A stretch of DNA of 64,000 nt from Mobula hypostoma (Eukaryota). Location: assembly GCF_963921235.1 (NCBI RefSeq), contig NC_086107.1, positions 97,156,001 through 97,220,000 of the forward strand. Direction: 5' to 3'. Below the pieces are notes generated by a model, which was given only the letters and a program-made list of their open reading frames with translations, was not told the origin of the DNA and made no database searches. Shown here in pieces: positions 49,506 through 61,900 of the stretch. Within the stretch, counting starts at the first letter, position 1. Each line of letters starts with the position of its first letter. Position numbers and translations under genes: made by a program.

Positions 49506-49568
49506 GAATAATTGATGCAGATTTTAATACTTATTCAGCACTAAGTTTGAAATCTGCATCAATTATTC
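49506..49568. repeat. 63-nt hairpin with perfect 19-bp arms
   Basis: GAATAATTGATGCAGATTT / AAATCTGCATCAATTATTC. Confidence 0.9.
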
Positions 49569-49959
49569 TAATCGTTAAACCTTGAACTTGGAGAAAATAT
49601 TCAGGTTTGATTGAAGACACAACCCACTGATATTTTACATCAAGGGATATGTATCAATTTTCTCTCGCCATTATCAAGAGAGTGGAATATTCTCCAACAC
49701 AATAATTAGTGAAGCTTTGTAGCATCTTTGCTGACAGTTAACATTTGCAAGCTGTATTGAGGTAACATGAAGCAAGCTTTCCTTAAATAAGAAACTCCAA
49801 ACTATTCTCTGTAATATATTAACATTCAGGGCCATTGTATACCTTGTAGAGCAGGAATTGATTAAAAATATTCAAGGGCTGTTACTTACTATGAGTCAGT
49901 TGAAAATTTTCAGCTTCAATCTGCGATCCTGAGCACGTGGGGGAACACAACAGTTCAAT

Positions 49960-50475
49960 CAACACACACAAAATGCTGGAGGAACTCAGCAGGCCAGGCA
50001 GCATCTATGGAAAAAGGTACAGTCGACGTCTCGGGCCGAGACCCTTCCACGAGACTGGAGGGAAAAAGAACCGATGTAGATTGGGATACCATTTTGCCGA
50101 GCACCGGAGTCTGCCAGAAGAAGCAGGATCTCCCAGTGGCCACCCATTTTAATTCCACTTCCCATTCCCATTCTGATATGTCAATCCATGGCCTCCTCCA
50201 CAGTCATGATGAGGCCACACTCATGATGGAGGAACAACACCTCACATTCCATCCAATTTTGCTCTTGACATGTGTATTTTGGCTTTAATCTCCAAGACTA
50301 GACTCCAGTTTTAATTCAGTAAACACAAGAGATTCTGCAAATCTGGAAATTCAGAGTAAGAAACACAAAATGCCAGAGGAACTCAGCAGGTCAGGCAACA
50401 TCTTGGGAAAGGATTAAAGAACCAATGTTTTGGGCCAAGGACCTTCACAAAGGGTCTCCAGCATTTTGTGTGTCG
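49960..50475. mobile_element. Penelope-like fragments with inverted junctions
   Basis: Minus-strand terminus fused to plus-strand GIY-YIG C-terminus (QDLPVATHFNS...EEQHL); second terminus at 50320-50475. Confidence 0.75.
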
Positions 50476-50861
50476 TCTGCATTAGTGAATGTCATTTCTG
50501 AGACACGTAGACCTATGATGTGTCGCAGAAGCCAAAGGATGGGAGAGAAGTAAAAATTTTAGAAGAATTAAAACAGAAACTCCATGCGCTTCTAGAAAGA
50601 TCAAGCAGAGGCAGAGGAGAATGGGCTATCAAGTTCTCCCGGGACAGGGTTGAAGTGGGTAACTAAAGGTGAGTAATAAAATTATTCTTAGGACTGGTTG
50701 GATGGGCAATTAACCCCCACACAAGAATTAGGATCAGCGATTTGTAATGAACTCGCTCTGGAAGAAATGTAGAAGCTCAAGAAGGTGGCACCCTGCCACT
50801 TTCTCAAGGTGGATTGAGCAATAATGCTGACCTTACCAGTGATGGCACATTCCAAGAAGTA

Positions 50862-51005
50862 GACTCAGTGGCCATATTATTAGGAACATCTGTACACCTG
50901 CTCGTTAATACAAATATCTAATCAGCCAATCATGTGGCAGCAATTCAAGGCATAAAAGCATGCAGACAAGGTCAAGAGGTTCAGCTGTTGTTCAGATCAG
51001 AACAG
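50862..51005 (+). mobile_element. Tc1-like transposon end fragment
   Basis: ACTCAGTGGCCA..TTATTAGG terminus, also seen near 56095-56120. Confidence 0.65.
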
Positions 51006-51119
51006 GGAAGAAATCCCAGAGCCTGGGCAGAGAAATTCCGGTGCTCGTTCAACTGGGCTGGGTGTGGGGTTGGATTGTCTGGGCATTGAGTTGATCTGAA
51101 GAGCTGGAGAGCGGCTTTG

Positions 51120-51389
51120 GGCTGGGCCCAAAGTGAGTCACTGGGTGTCATGGTCTAGGCCCAGAGCGACTTGCTGGGTGGGGAAATCTGGGCCCAGAGT
51201 GAGTCGCTGGGTGCCGTGGTCAAAGTGAGTTGCTGGGCGATGAAATCTGGGCCCAAAGTGAGTTGCTGGGCGATGAAATCTGGGCCCAAAGTGAGTCGCT
51301 GGGTGCGGTGGTCAAAGTGAGTTGCTGGGCAATGAAATCTGGGCCCAAAGTGAGTCGCTGGGTGGTGTGGTCTAGGCCTGGAGTGAGTC
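51120..51389. repeat. Irregular minisatellite (GTGAGTYGCTGGG...GAAATCTGGGCCCAAA)
   Basis: Mixed ~22 and ~32-bp units read directly. Confidence 0.85.
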
Positions 51390-52035
51390 TAGGGTTGCCA
51401 ACTTTCTCACTCCCAAATAAGGAACAAAGGTAGCAGTCAAATACGGGACACTTGTGTTTACCCTGAGAAAGACTACGATGACCATGAAGCCTTGCGGGGG
51501 CATGTGTGTGCGAGCATGCGTGTCTTTTGCATATGTGATGTATGCATGTCATTCGCATACGTGACGTGCACGAGTGTCGTTCGCATATGTGACGTGCACG
51601 AGTGTCGTTCGCATATGTGACATGCGCATGCGTGTACGTGCCGATTTTTTTTCTACATATCGGTTTTAGCTTAATCTTCCCGATTCTGTTCAGTGAAACT
51701 ACACTGTACATACATTATTTCTACTTTATATAGGCTGTGTATTTATCACATCATTCCTGCTTTTTACTATATGTTAGTGTTATTTTAGGTTTTATGTGCT
51801 ATTTGGTATGATTTGGTAGGTTATTTTTTGGGTCTGGGAACACTCAAAAAGTTTTCCCGTATAAATTAATGGTAATTGCTTCTTCGCTTTACGCCATTTC
51901 GACTTACGAATGGTTTCATGGGAACGCTCTACCTTAGCGGGGGAAATACGGGATAAGGGCGGTCCTGTATGGGACAAACCAATTTAGCCCAATATATGGG
52001 ATGTCCCGGCAAGTACGGGACAGTTGGCAACCCTA
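51390..52035. mobile_element. Non-autonomous hAT transposon (Blackjack-like termini)
   Basis: Perfect 14-bp TIR TAGGGTTGCCAACT; perfect 8-bp TSD AGTGAGTC at 51382-51389 and 52036-52043. Confidence 0.92.
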
Positions 52036-52444
52036 AGTGAGTCACTGCAGCAGGGTCCTACTGTGAGGTACGATTTGCTGTTTAGATAATTTAAACACTG
52101 GCCCAGATCAGAAGCAAGAGCTGATTTTGCTTGCTCTTTGCGCTCTTCGCTCCTCTTTGCAGGGTGCCAGAGCCCATGGCTGTTCCGTCATCGGGTCAAT
52201 TTAAACACCAGCCCAGATAGACTGAAAAGACAAGGAGTCAGACGGGATGAGAGCCAATTTCACTCGCCCTACTTGATGGTCGTCTCCATGGCACTGAGGC
52301 TGTGAAGACTGCCCCGGCTGCTGTGCCCCATGCCTGCTAAAAAGGTGAACTGATCAGTGAGGCTTTGGGCCTACTTCAGGCTGCTCTGTGGTTCGGATCT
52401 GAAGAGTCAGCTTTGGTTTGGATTGTTATTGTTTGCTTCAATTG

Positions 52445-54000
52445 ATTCGAGCCAAGACCCTTCATCAGGACTGGACAAAAATGGTGAGAAGTCAGAGTAA
52501 GAAGGTGGGAGGAGGGGAGGAAGAAGTACAAGGTGGTAGTACAAGGTAGCAGGTGATAGGTGAAACTGGGAGAGGGGAGGGGTGCAGTAAAGAGTTGGGA
52601 AGTTGATTAGAGAAAGAGATAAAGGGCTGGGGAAGGGGAAATCTGATAGGAGAGGACAGAAGGCCATGGCAGAAAGGGAAGGGGGAGGGGCACCAGAGGG
52701 AGGTGATGGGCAGGTAAGGAGATAAGGAGAGAGAAGGAAATGGGAATGGGGAATGGTGAGGGAAGCAGGAGTCCATTATTGGAAGTTTGAGAAATCGATG
52801 TTCATGCCATCAGGAGGCTACCCAGATGGAATATAAGGTGTTGCTCCTCCAACCTGAATGTACCTCATCACAGCAGCAGAGGAGGCCGTGGGCTGACTGA
52901 CATGTCAGAATGGGAATGGGAAGTAGAATTAAAATGGGTGGCCACTGAGAAATCCTGCTTTTTCTGGCGGATGGAGAGTACATGCTTGGTGAAGCAGTCT
53001 CCCAATCTACGTCGAGTCTCACCGATATATAGAAACACTGGATAGAGTACATGACCCCAACAGACTCACAGGTGAAGTGTCGCCTCACCTGGAAGGATTG
53101 TTTGGGGCCCTGAATAGTAGTGAGTGAGGAGGTGTAGGGGCAGGTGTAGCCCTTGTTCTGCTTGCAAGGATAAGTGCCAGGAGGGAGATCAGTGGGGAGG
53201 GATGAATGGACAAGGGAGTCATGTAGGGAGTGATCCCTGCAGAAAGCAGAAAGTGGAGGGGGGAGGGGGAGGGAACGATGTGCTTGGTGGTGGGATCCCA
53301 TTGGAGGTAGCGGAAGTTACGGAGAATTATTTGCTGGATGCGGAAGCTGGTGGGGTGGTAGGTGAGGACAAGAGGAACCCTATCCCTGGTAGGGTGGCAG
53401 GAGGATGGGGTGAGGGCAGATGTGTGCAAAACCGAAGTGATGTGGGTTAGGACAGCGTTGTTGGTGGAGGAAGGGAAGCCCCTTCCTTTGAAGAAGGAGG
53501 ACATCTCCTTAGTTCTGGAATGAAAAGGCTAATTCTGGGAGCTGATGCAGCAGAGCTGGAGGAATTGAGTGAAGGATATGGCATCTTTACAAGTAACAGG
53601 GTGGGTGTAGTCTGGGTAGCTGTAAGAGCTCCTTACCTGCCTGTCACCTCCCTCTGGTGCTCCTCACCGTTTTCTTTATTCCATGGCCTTCTGTCCTCTC
53701 CATCAGATTTCCCCTTCCCCAGTCCTTTACCTCTTTCACAAATCGACCTCCCAGCTCTTTATTTCACCCCTCCCTCTCTCCTGGTTTCACCTATCACCTA
53801 CTACCTTGTATTACCTTCTCCCCTCCCCCCACCTTCTTACCCTGACCTCTCATCTTTTTTTCTCCAGTCCTAATGAAGGGTCTCGGCCCAAAACGTCAAC
53901 TGATTACTCTTTTCCATAGATGTTACCTGGCCAGCTGAGTTCCTCCAGCATTTTGTGTGTGTGTTGCTCAGATTTCCAACATCTGCAGATTTTCTCTTGC
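52445..54000 (-). mobile_element. Penelope-like element (family 1), 5'-truncated, with inverted terminal copy
   Basis: RVPLVLTYHP...PGTYPC...FTCESVGVMY frames at 52810-53504; inverted 3' UTR and terminus at 53630-54000. Confidence 0.88.
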
Positions 54001-54002
54001 TT

Positions 54003-55900
54003 GAGTTACTGTCTTTGCCTGGTCTCAGCGATGCTAGGCCTTCGGAACTAATGGACCACATGCTGTCTCTCCTGGGAAATCACCTTCCTTGTTTCATTTT
54101 GAAAGGACTCTACATGCAGCAAATACCTTAACAAGTTCGCATAGCCTTGCTAATGTACCAATGAAAGACCACGGGGAGCTTGCTAAAGTGGCTGATAGTC
54201 CACACTCAGCGAGGAAATAGTGCATCTTTCCTCCTTCTTTCTCTACCTCAATAAGCCCAGTCAGCAAGACCCCCAACGTAAGGATGCCCACACCAGCTGG
54301 GTCTGTGTTTCTACCACGTTCGCAATGGTACAAATACTAGGAAGTGCCAACCACCTTGCAGCTTCAACAGTGCCAGCGCACCGGGACATCAGAAGTCCAT
54401 GAACACCACGGGTTCCGGCTGCCAGGGTTGTCTTCTGTTCATTATGGACACCCTTTCAGGGCGACACTTCCTGTGTGACGTGATTACTGCCGGCATCGCC
54501 TATTGATGAGAAGACCAAGAGCAAAGGAACCTTACCAACAACGGCAGGATCAAGACTTGTAGGACATGACGGGTGAAGCCCTTCTTCAGTGGGTGACATT
54601 ACACATGGGACTTCGTTCAGGCTAAAATGGCTAGACCTCTGCTCGGTGCAGGTTTCCTGTGTGCTCAAGGACTGCAGCCTGTGTGGAGTGCCAGTGGGAA
54701 AAAAATTAACTGTCATGTCCAGGCGCCCTTGGCACCTGTTCAGGTCCCTGACGACAGCTTGACCTTGTCCTGTGGACCTTTTTGGTCCTCTTCTCCCCCC
54801 CCCCCCAACGGTTTCACACACCACCTTACCACAGTGGGCTGTACCACCGGGTGGCTAGAAGTCGTCCCTCTAGCATCGATAATGGCCACAGAAGTGGCTC
54901 AGAGATTCATCAGCTTCTGGGTTGCTCATTTTGGCATCCCATCTGATATTTCCTCCCACTGTGGTCCTCAATTCAGATCAGGCCTTTGGTCTGTGATGGC
55001 CCAGAAACTCAGCGTTAGGCTACGTCACACCACGGCGAATCACCCGGAGTCCAAAGGCCTATGCGACTGGTTTCACCACTTCTTAAAGGCTGCTCTGAGA
55101 GCTTCCCTATGGATGAGTGTGGGCATGACCATCTCCCGTGGGTCCAGCTGGGACTCAGAACAGCTCCAAAAGAGAGCTTGCAGGCATCCAGGGCCGAATT
55201 GGTGTACAGACAGCCATTGTGAGTGCTAGGTGATTTTATCCTTGACACCATGACTGCCAGGTTGGCCTCTTAACAGCATGCCACCCTCCTCAGTAAATTC
55301 AATTCCTTTGCACCTATTCCTACCTCTCATCATGGCGTACAGCACTCTTGGGTTCCTGTTGACTTGAATTCTGCTTTGTTTGTGTTTGTCCACCATGATG
55401 CCCACCAACTTCCCCTTAGGCCCCCTACGCGATGGCCTGTTCTGCATTGTGAAATGGAGCAAAAAGACTTTTATCACATATAAGAGGGGTAAACCAGAAT
55501 GTGTTTCGGTAGATCACCTTAAGCCAACCCACCAATATTTGAAGGATTCCGCTACCATGTCCCTGCTGTCACGACAGGACCATGAGCATGCCAACACACC
55601 TTTGGACGAGACAGAGGCATCTGCTGTTCCTCCACCCATGGAACATAGGAACTGGGCTCCAGACAGTCTCACAAGGCCGGTTTCGGTGAGCGGGGGGGGC
55701 GGTAAGCCTGTATTGGGTAACATAATTGGTGGAATTCACAGCCACTGACATTGAGTTGGGGTTCACTTTAAGAGGATGCTCTGACGTGATGATGTAATTA
55801 CTGTACGTAAAGTACTTTTTCCACGCTCCGTGCTCAGTTTTGGTGTTCGGTAAATGACTTACTACGGTTTCTCTTAAGCATAAAATGTCTCCGCCATTTA
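54003..55900 (+). mobile_element. Degenerate, internally deleted Gypsy LTR retrotransposon
   Basis: gag-like RPSELMDHML, protease-like LFIMDTLSG, integrase WVAHFGIPSDISSHCGPQF...HTTANHPESKG, VSVDHLKP, G-rich PPT near 55690. Confidence 0.8.
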
Positions 55901-55914
55901 GTTTGTGAAAACCT

Positions 55915-56125
55915 ACGGGTGAAAATGCCTTGAGAGAGGTCAGGGGAGAATAGCCAGACTGGTTCAAGTTGATAGGAAGGCAACAGTAACTCAAATAACC
56001 ACGTGTTACAACAGTAGTGCACAAGAATATCTCTGAATGCACCACATGTCAAACCTCGAAGTGGATGGGTTATAGAAGCAGAAGACTTCAGTACTCTCAG
56101 TGGCCACTTTATTCGATACAGGAAG
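55915..56125 (+). mobile_element. Tc1-like transposase remnant
   Basis: Translates to ARLVQVDRKATVTQITT, a Tc1 N-terminal-like segment. Confidence 0.65.
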
Positions 56126-56347
56126 ATAGAATAGAATTGGATAGGATGGGGATAATGTGATTGCCTTCTCAGGGACCAGTGTCCAACACCGTTTGTTGCT
56201 TGTCAATCATCCCAACACAAGAAAATCACTGTTGGAGTTCCTCAGGACAAAATCATCAATGACCCTCCTTCCATGTTTGCTGAAGATTCCACAACGTTCA
56301 ACGTTCATTTGCAACTTCTCAGCAAGCAGCTCTTCCCTGCGTGCATG

Positions 56348-56565
56348 AGGCAGCACAGTGGTGCAGTTGTTAGCCTAACGCTTTACAACACCAATTTCCC
56401 GTCGCTGTCTGTACGGAGTTTGTACGATCTCCTCGTGACTGAGCAGGTTTCCTTCAGGCTCCGGTTTAGACGTACAGGTTAGTAGGTTAATTTGGTCACT
56501 TGGGTGTAATCGGATACCACATTCTCATTGGCCAGAATGGCCTGCTACAATGCTGTATCTCTAAA
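56348..56565 (+). mobile_element. V-SINE (HE1-like)
   Basis: GGCAGCACAGTGGTGCAG head, V-domain and CR1-like tail. Confidence 0.7.
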
Positions 56566-56829
56566 AATAGTTTTAGCCCCATCACCTGTTAGGTGGCAAG
56601 TAACATTCATGTAACAAAAATGCCAATCAATTTGTCCAACAATAGTCTAACCTCTTGATATTCAGCTGTATGACTATCAGTGTTCTACGGCTCACATCAC
56701 TAGCCAGAATCTCAGCTGAACCAACCAGCTAAATACAGTAGCTAAAAGAGAAAGTCATCAGAATGAAAAGACCTTAGTTTACAAACCCAAAGTTCCCTCA
56801 AGATGGCAGCAAAGTAGAATAAAGAAGAA

Positions 56830-57720
56830 AGCAAATTGGAAACAGGCCCTTCTTTAGCTGGAGTGTAGAATATAAGAGCACGGAGGTTTTTGTGCAACTT
56901 TCTAAAACACTGTTCAGGCCACAGCTGGAATGTCATGTGCAGTTCTGGTCACATTATTGTGGAAAGGATGTGACTTCAGTGGAGGGTGTTCAGTGGAGAT
57001 TCACCAGGATGTTGCTTAGGATGAAAGATTGGATAGGCGAGATGTAATTTCCTTGGAGCAAGGACACTGAGGAGGGAACTTGATAGACGGGTACAAGATA
57101 GCGAGGAGAAAAGACAGGGTAGGTGGTAGAAAGCCTTTTCCTTTAGCAGAGCTGTCTAAAACCAGAGGGAATAAGTTTAGGTTAAGAAGCAAAAGGTTTA
57201 GAGAGGATCTGAGGAACAGTTTATCCATCTTTGTGGCTGTATTCTGAAATGCGAACCTGAGAAGGTGGTGGAAACAGGTAGTTGGCATCCATCTGTCTCG
57301 AAGGACAATGAGTGATGATCATCAACACAAGCCTGGCCGGAAGGTATGGAGATCCTGAGATGCCCAGTTGTCAAGATCCCCATCTCGGCCTCACCAGTGA
57401 AGTGCAAAGGAAAGCTTATGAAGCCATACGTTTGACACAAGCTTGGCTGCAGGAGCTGCTGGAAGGATGTTCAATGACGTCCAGCCGCCTTAGGGGCTCC
57501 ACTCCGGATTTGCTGTCTGGGTTTACTCCCGTAGCCTTTGTCTCTCCCGAGGCTGCCCACAAGGCAGTGAGTCTACTTACCCACAGCTGGGGATCTGGTT
57601 CACTCCTTGAAGTAGGTACTCTCACAAGATTTAAGAAGCATTTGGACAAGCACATGAATCACCAAGGCTTTGTAGACCATGGACGACTAAGTGCTGGTAA
57701 ATGGGATTGCTATGACTTAG
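56830..57720 (+). mobile_element. Old CR1 3' fragment
   Basis: Decayed RPQLE..VQFWS and FTRML segments; interrupted at 57280-57600. Confidence 0.75.
57280..57600 (-). mobile_element. RTE-derived non-autonomous element, 5'-truncated copy
   Basis: Reverse complement of ~24995-25318. Confidence 0.75.
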
Positions 57721-57849
57721 TAGTGAAGGTGTCACCACTTTCATCAAAGCTCTAACTTAAATCCACTGTGATTCCTAGTGGCAAGAATGGGTAAGAAGAA
57801 TCCTCTTGAGGAAAATCATTTTAGTTCTGTGAGTGAGGCAGGAGGAACA

Positions 57850-58230
57850 GAAGTTCTGCAGATGCCAAAAATCCAAAGCAACACAAACAAAATGCTGTAG
57901 GAACTCAACGTGTCAGATAGCATCTATGGAAATGAACAAGCAGTCGACAATTTGGGCTGAGACCCTTCTTCAGGACTGGAAAGGAAGGGGGAAGACGCTA
58001 CAATAAAGAGGTGGGGGTGAGAGGAGGGAATCTGAAAGGAGAGGAGAGTGGACCATAGGAGAAGGGGAAGAAGGAGGAGACCGAGTGGAAGGTGGGAAGA
58101 GGTAAGGGGCCAGAGTGGGGAAATGAAGAAGAAGGGGGGAAGGAATTTTTTTCACCAGAAGGAGAAATCAATGTTCATGCCCTCAGGTTGGAGGCTACCC
58201 AGACGGAATATAAGATGTTGCTCCTCAACC
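57850..58230 (-). mobile_element. Penelope-like 3' fragment
   Basis: Terminus plus EEQHLIFRLGSLQP C-terminal coding remnant. Confidence 0.75.
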
Positions 58231-58904
58231 ACACTTTATGCCTTTGTGATGGGAATCATCAGGGATAAAGATTTTTCTCTTCCACAGGGCCCTGCAGAAA
58301 ATGTCATCATCCAGCAGTGGGCTTTCAGTTTAATGTCTCAGATCAGCACTTCAGAGCTGTACCCCGGATTTTATTATTACAGGATTTGAGACCACAGTCT
58401 TCTGAAGAAACTGTGGACCTCTCCAAGCCTCTGTGGCCTTTCAGCAGGTGATGAAAATACAACTTCCCATGCAGCTCAAAGACGAGGGAAGATCAGCGAC
58501 CTTCTAATCCTCTTCTCCTTTTAAATCCCATTCCTATTCTCGGAGGCTCATGGCAAGTGATGAAGGAAGCTGCTTGGGCTGCTGAAGCAGTCCGCTCTCT
58601 GTCTGAGCATCAGCATAATCCTTCAGGGATCAAGGTATTACCACTCCGATCTCTGTGATCCAGACGCTGTCTGGAATGACGCCAGTCTGGTGACTGGAAA
58701 GACAAAACCCTTGCACCCTGCTTTCGGAAAACAAATCACAGAGCGGGGAGTGGGATTCTGGAAGAAGACCATATCAGCCCATCACCTCTCAGGTGGCCAT
58801 AACAGGGGATTTGATTTGAGACTGTCAGATTGGAGACTTCAAGATTTATTTATTTAATATATTTGTTTGTTTGTTTGTTTTTAATTGAGATACAGCATGG
58901 AGCA

Positions 58905-61900
58905 GGCCCTCAATGATAAGTATATAACTTTAGATTCAATTGATGGGGACAACCTTCCAAGGGGAATCACAGTGACCGGATCTCTGGCACTGAGTCTGGT
59001 GCTGTGGCTCAGAAGAGCACAGAGTGAAGAGGACTGCAGTGGTGATAGGAGATCCCATAGTCAGAGGTACAGAGACGAGGTTCTGTGGGCACGATAGAGA
59101 CACCCAGATGGTATGTTGCCTCCTTGGTGCCAGGATCAGAGATGTCCCGGATCATGTCCATGGCATTCTCAAGGGTGAGCAGCCAGAAGCCTTGGTACAT
59201 AGTGGCACCAACGACGTAGGTAGACAAGGTGAGAAGGTGCTGAAGGGAGATTTTAGGGAACGAGGGAGAAAGCTGAGAAGCAGGACCTCCAGCATAATAA
59301 TCTTTGGAGTGCTGCTGAGGAGCTGGTGCAGGGGGGTAGGAAGTCAGATTTATGGATCATTGGGATCTCTTCTGGAGAAGGTATGACCTGTACAAAAGAG
59401 ATGGATTACTCCTGAACCCAAGGGGGTCCAATATCCTTGTGGGCTGGTTGGCTACAGTTGTTTGGGTGGCTTTAAACTACAAACATTTGTAATTTTACTG
59501 AAGGATGGGAACCAGAGTGATAGTGAGGTGGTTGGTTTACAAAAGGGGGCAATGTGTAATGAGATTCCTAGCAATGAAAGGCTGATGATGGGGCAATATT
59601 GCAGTCAACAGGATGAGTTGCAACGTAAAAGCTGGACAAAATCAAAAAGGGTGAATAAAGACTGAAGGTGTTATATTTGAATGCGTGCAGTATATGGAGT
59701 AAGCTAGATGAACTTGTAGCGCAGTTATAGATTGGCAAGTATGATGTTGTAGGCATCACAGGATCATGACTGAAAGATTATTATAGCTGGGAGCTTAATG
59801 TCCAAGGATACACATTGTCTCGGAAAGATAGGCAGGAAAGCAGACAGGGTGGTGTGGCTCTGTTGGTAAAAAATGAAATTAACTCATTAGAAAGAGGAGA
59901 CATAGGAAGAGTAACACACATCAAAGTTGCTGGTGAACGCAGCAGGCCAAGCAGCATCGGTAGGAAGAGGTGCAGTCGACGCTTCAGGCCGAGACCCTTC
60001 GTCAGGACTAACTGAAGGAACAGTGAGTAAGGGATTTGAAAGCTGGAGGGGGAGGGGGAGATCCAAAATGATAGGAGAAGACAGGAGGGGGAGGGATAGA
60101 GCCAAGAGCCGGACAAGTGATAGGCAAAAGGGGATACGAGAGGATCATGGGACAGGAGGTCTGGGAAGAAAGACGGGGGGGGGGGACCCAGAGGATGGGC
60201 AAGAGGTATATTCAGAGGGACAGAGGGAGAAAAAGGAGAGTGAGAGAAAGAATGTGTGCATAAAAATGAGTAACGGATGGGGTACGAGGGGGAGGTGGGG
60301 CCGTAGCGGAAGTTAGAGAAGTCGATGTTCATGCCATCGGGTTGGAGGCTACTCAGACGGAATATAAGGTGTTGTTCCTCCAACCCTAGTGTGGCTTCAT
60401 CTTTACAGTAGAGGAGGCCGTGGATAGACATGTCAGAATGGGAATGGGATGTGGAATTAAAATGTATGGCCGCTGGGAGATCCTGCTTTCTCTGGCGGAC
60501 AGAGCGTAGATGTTCAGCAAAGCGGTCTCCCAGTCTGTGTCGGGTCTCGCCAATATAAAAGGCCACATCGGGAGCACCGGACGCAGTATATCACCCCAGT
60601 CGACTCACAGGTGAAGTGTTGCCTCACCTGGAAGGACTGTTTGGGGCCCTGAATGGTGGTAAGGGAGGAAGTGTAAGGGCATGTGTAGCACTTGTTCCGC
60701 TTACACGGATAAGTGCCAGGAGGCAGATCAGTGGGGAGGGATGGGGGGGACGAATGGACAAGGGAGTTGTGTAGGGAGCGATCCCTGCGGAATGCAGAGA
60801 GAGGCGGGGAGGGAAAGATGTGCTTAGTGGTGGGATTCCGTTGGAGGTGGCGGAAGTTACGGAGAATAATATGTTGGACCCGGAGGCTGGTGGGGTGGTA
60901 GGTGAGGACCAGGGGAACCCTATTCCTAGTGGGGTGGCGGGAGGATGGACTGAGAGCAGATGTATGTGAAATGGGGGAGATGCGTTTAAGGGCAGAGTTG
61001 ATAGTGGAGGAAGGGAAGCCCCTTTCTTTAAAAAAGGAAGACATAGGAAGATGTTGAATCATTGTAGATAGAGCTAAGGAACCGCAAGGGCAAAAAGACT
61101 CTGATGGGAGTTGTATACAGACCCCCAAACAGTGGTCTACAATTTAAAATAGGAGATAGAAAATGCACACCAAAAGGACAATGTTACGATAGTTATGGGT
61201 ATTTCAATAAGCAGGTAGATTGGGAAAATCAGGTGGGTGCTGGATTCCAAGACAGGGAATGTCGAGAATGGCTAAGTGATAGCTTTACAGAGCAGCTCAT
61301 GGTTGAGCCCACTAGTTTATCAGCTATCTGGATTGGGTGTTGTGCAATGAACTGGAATTGATTCGAGAGCTTAAGGTAAAAGAACCCTTAGGGGAAAGTG
61401 ATCATAGTATGATTGAATTCACCCTGAAATTAGAGAAGGAGAAGCTAAAGTCAGATGTATTACAGTGGAGTAAAGGAAGTTACAGAGAGGCATGTTGGCC
61501 AGAATTGATTGGAAAAGAATATTGGGAGGGATGACAGCAGGGCAGCAATAGCTGGAATTTCTGGATGCAATTCAGAAGGCACAGGATATATACATCTCAA
61601 GGAGGAAGAAGTATTCTAAAGGCAAGCTGATACAACCATGGCTAGCAAGGGAAGTCGAAGCCAACATAAAAACTGAAGTGAGGGCATATAATAAAGCAAA
61701 AAATTATTGGGAAGTTAGAGAATCTGGAAGCTTTTAAATGCCAACTGGAGGCAACTAGAAAGTTATTAAGAAGGTAAAAATGGATTATAAAAGTAGGATA
61801 GCCAATAATATTAAAGAGGATATCAAATGTTTCTTCAGATACGTAAAGTGTAGAAGAGAGATGAGAGTGGATATCAGACCGCCGGAAAACAATGCTGGAG

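Noticed and set aside
51220..51711. 163-aa ORF as a transposase
   Set aside because: Spans the internal repeats of the hAT element and the flanking minisatellite; no transposase motifs
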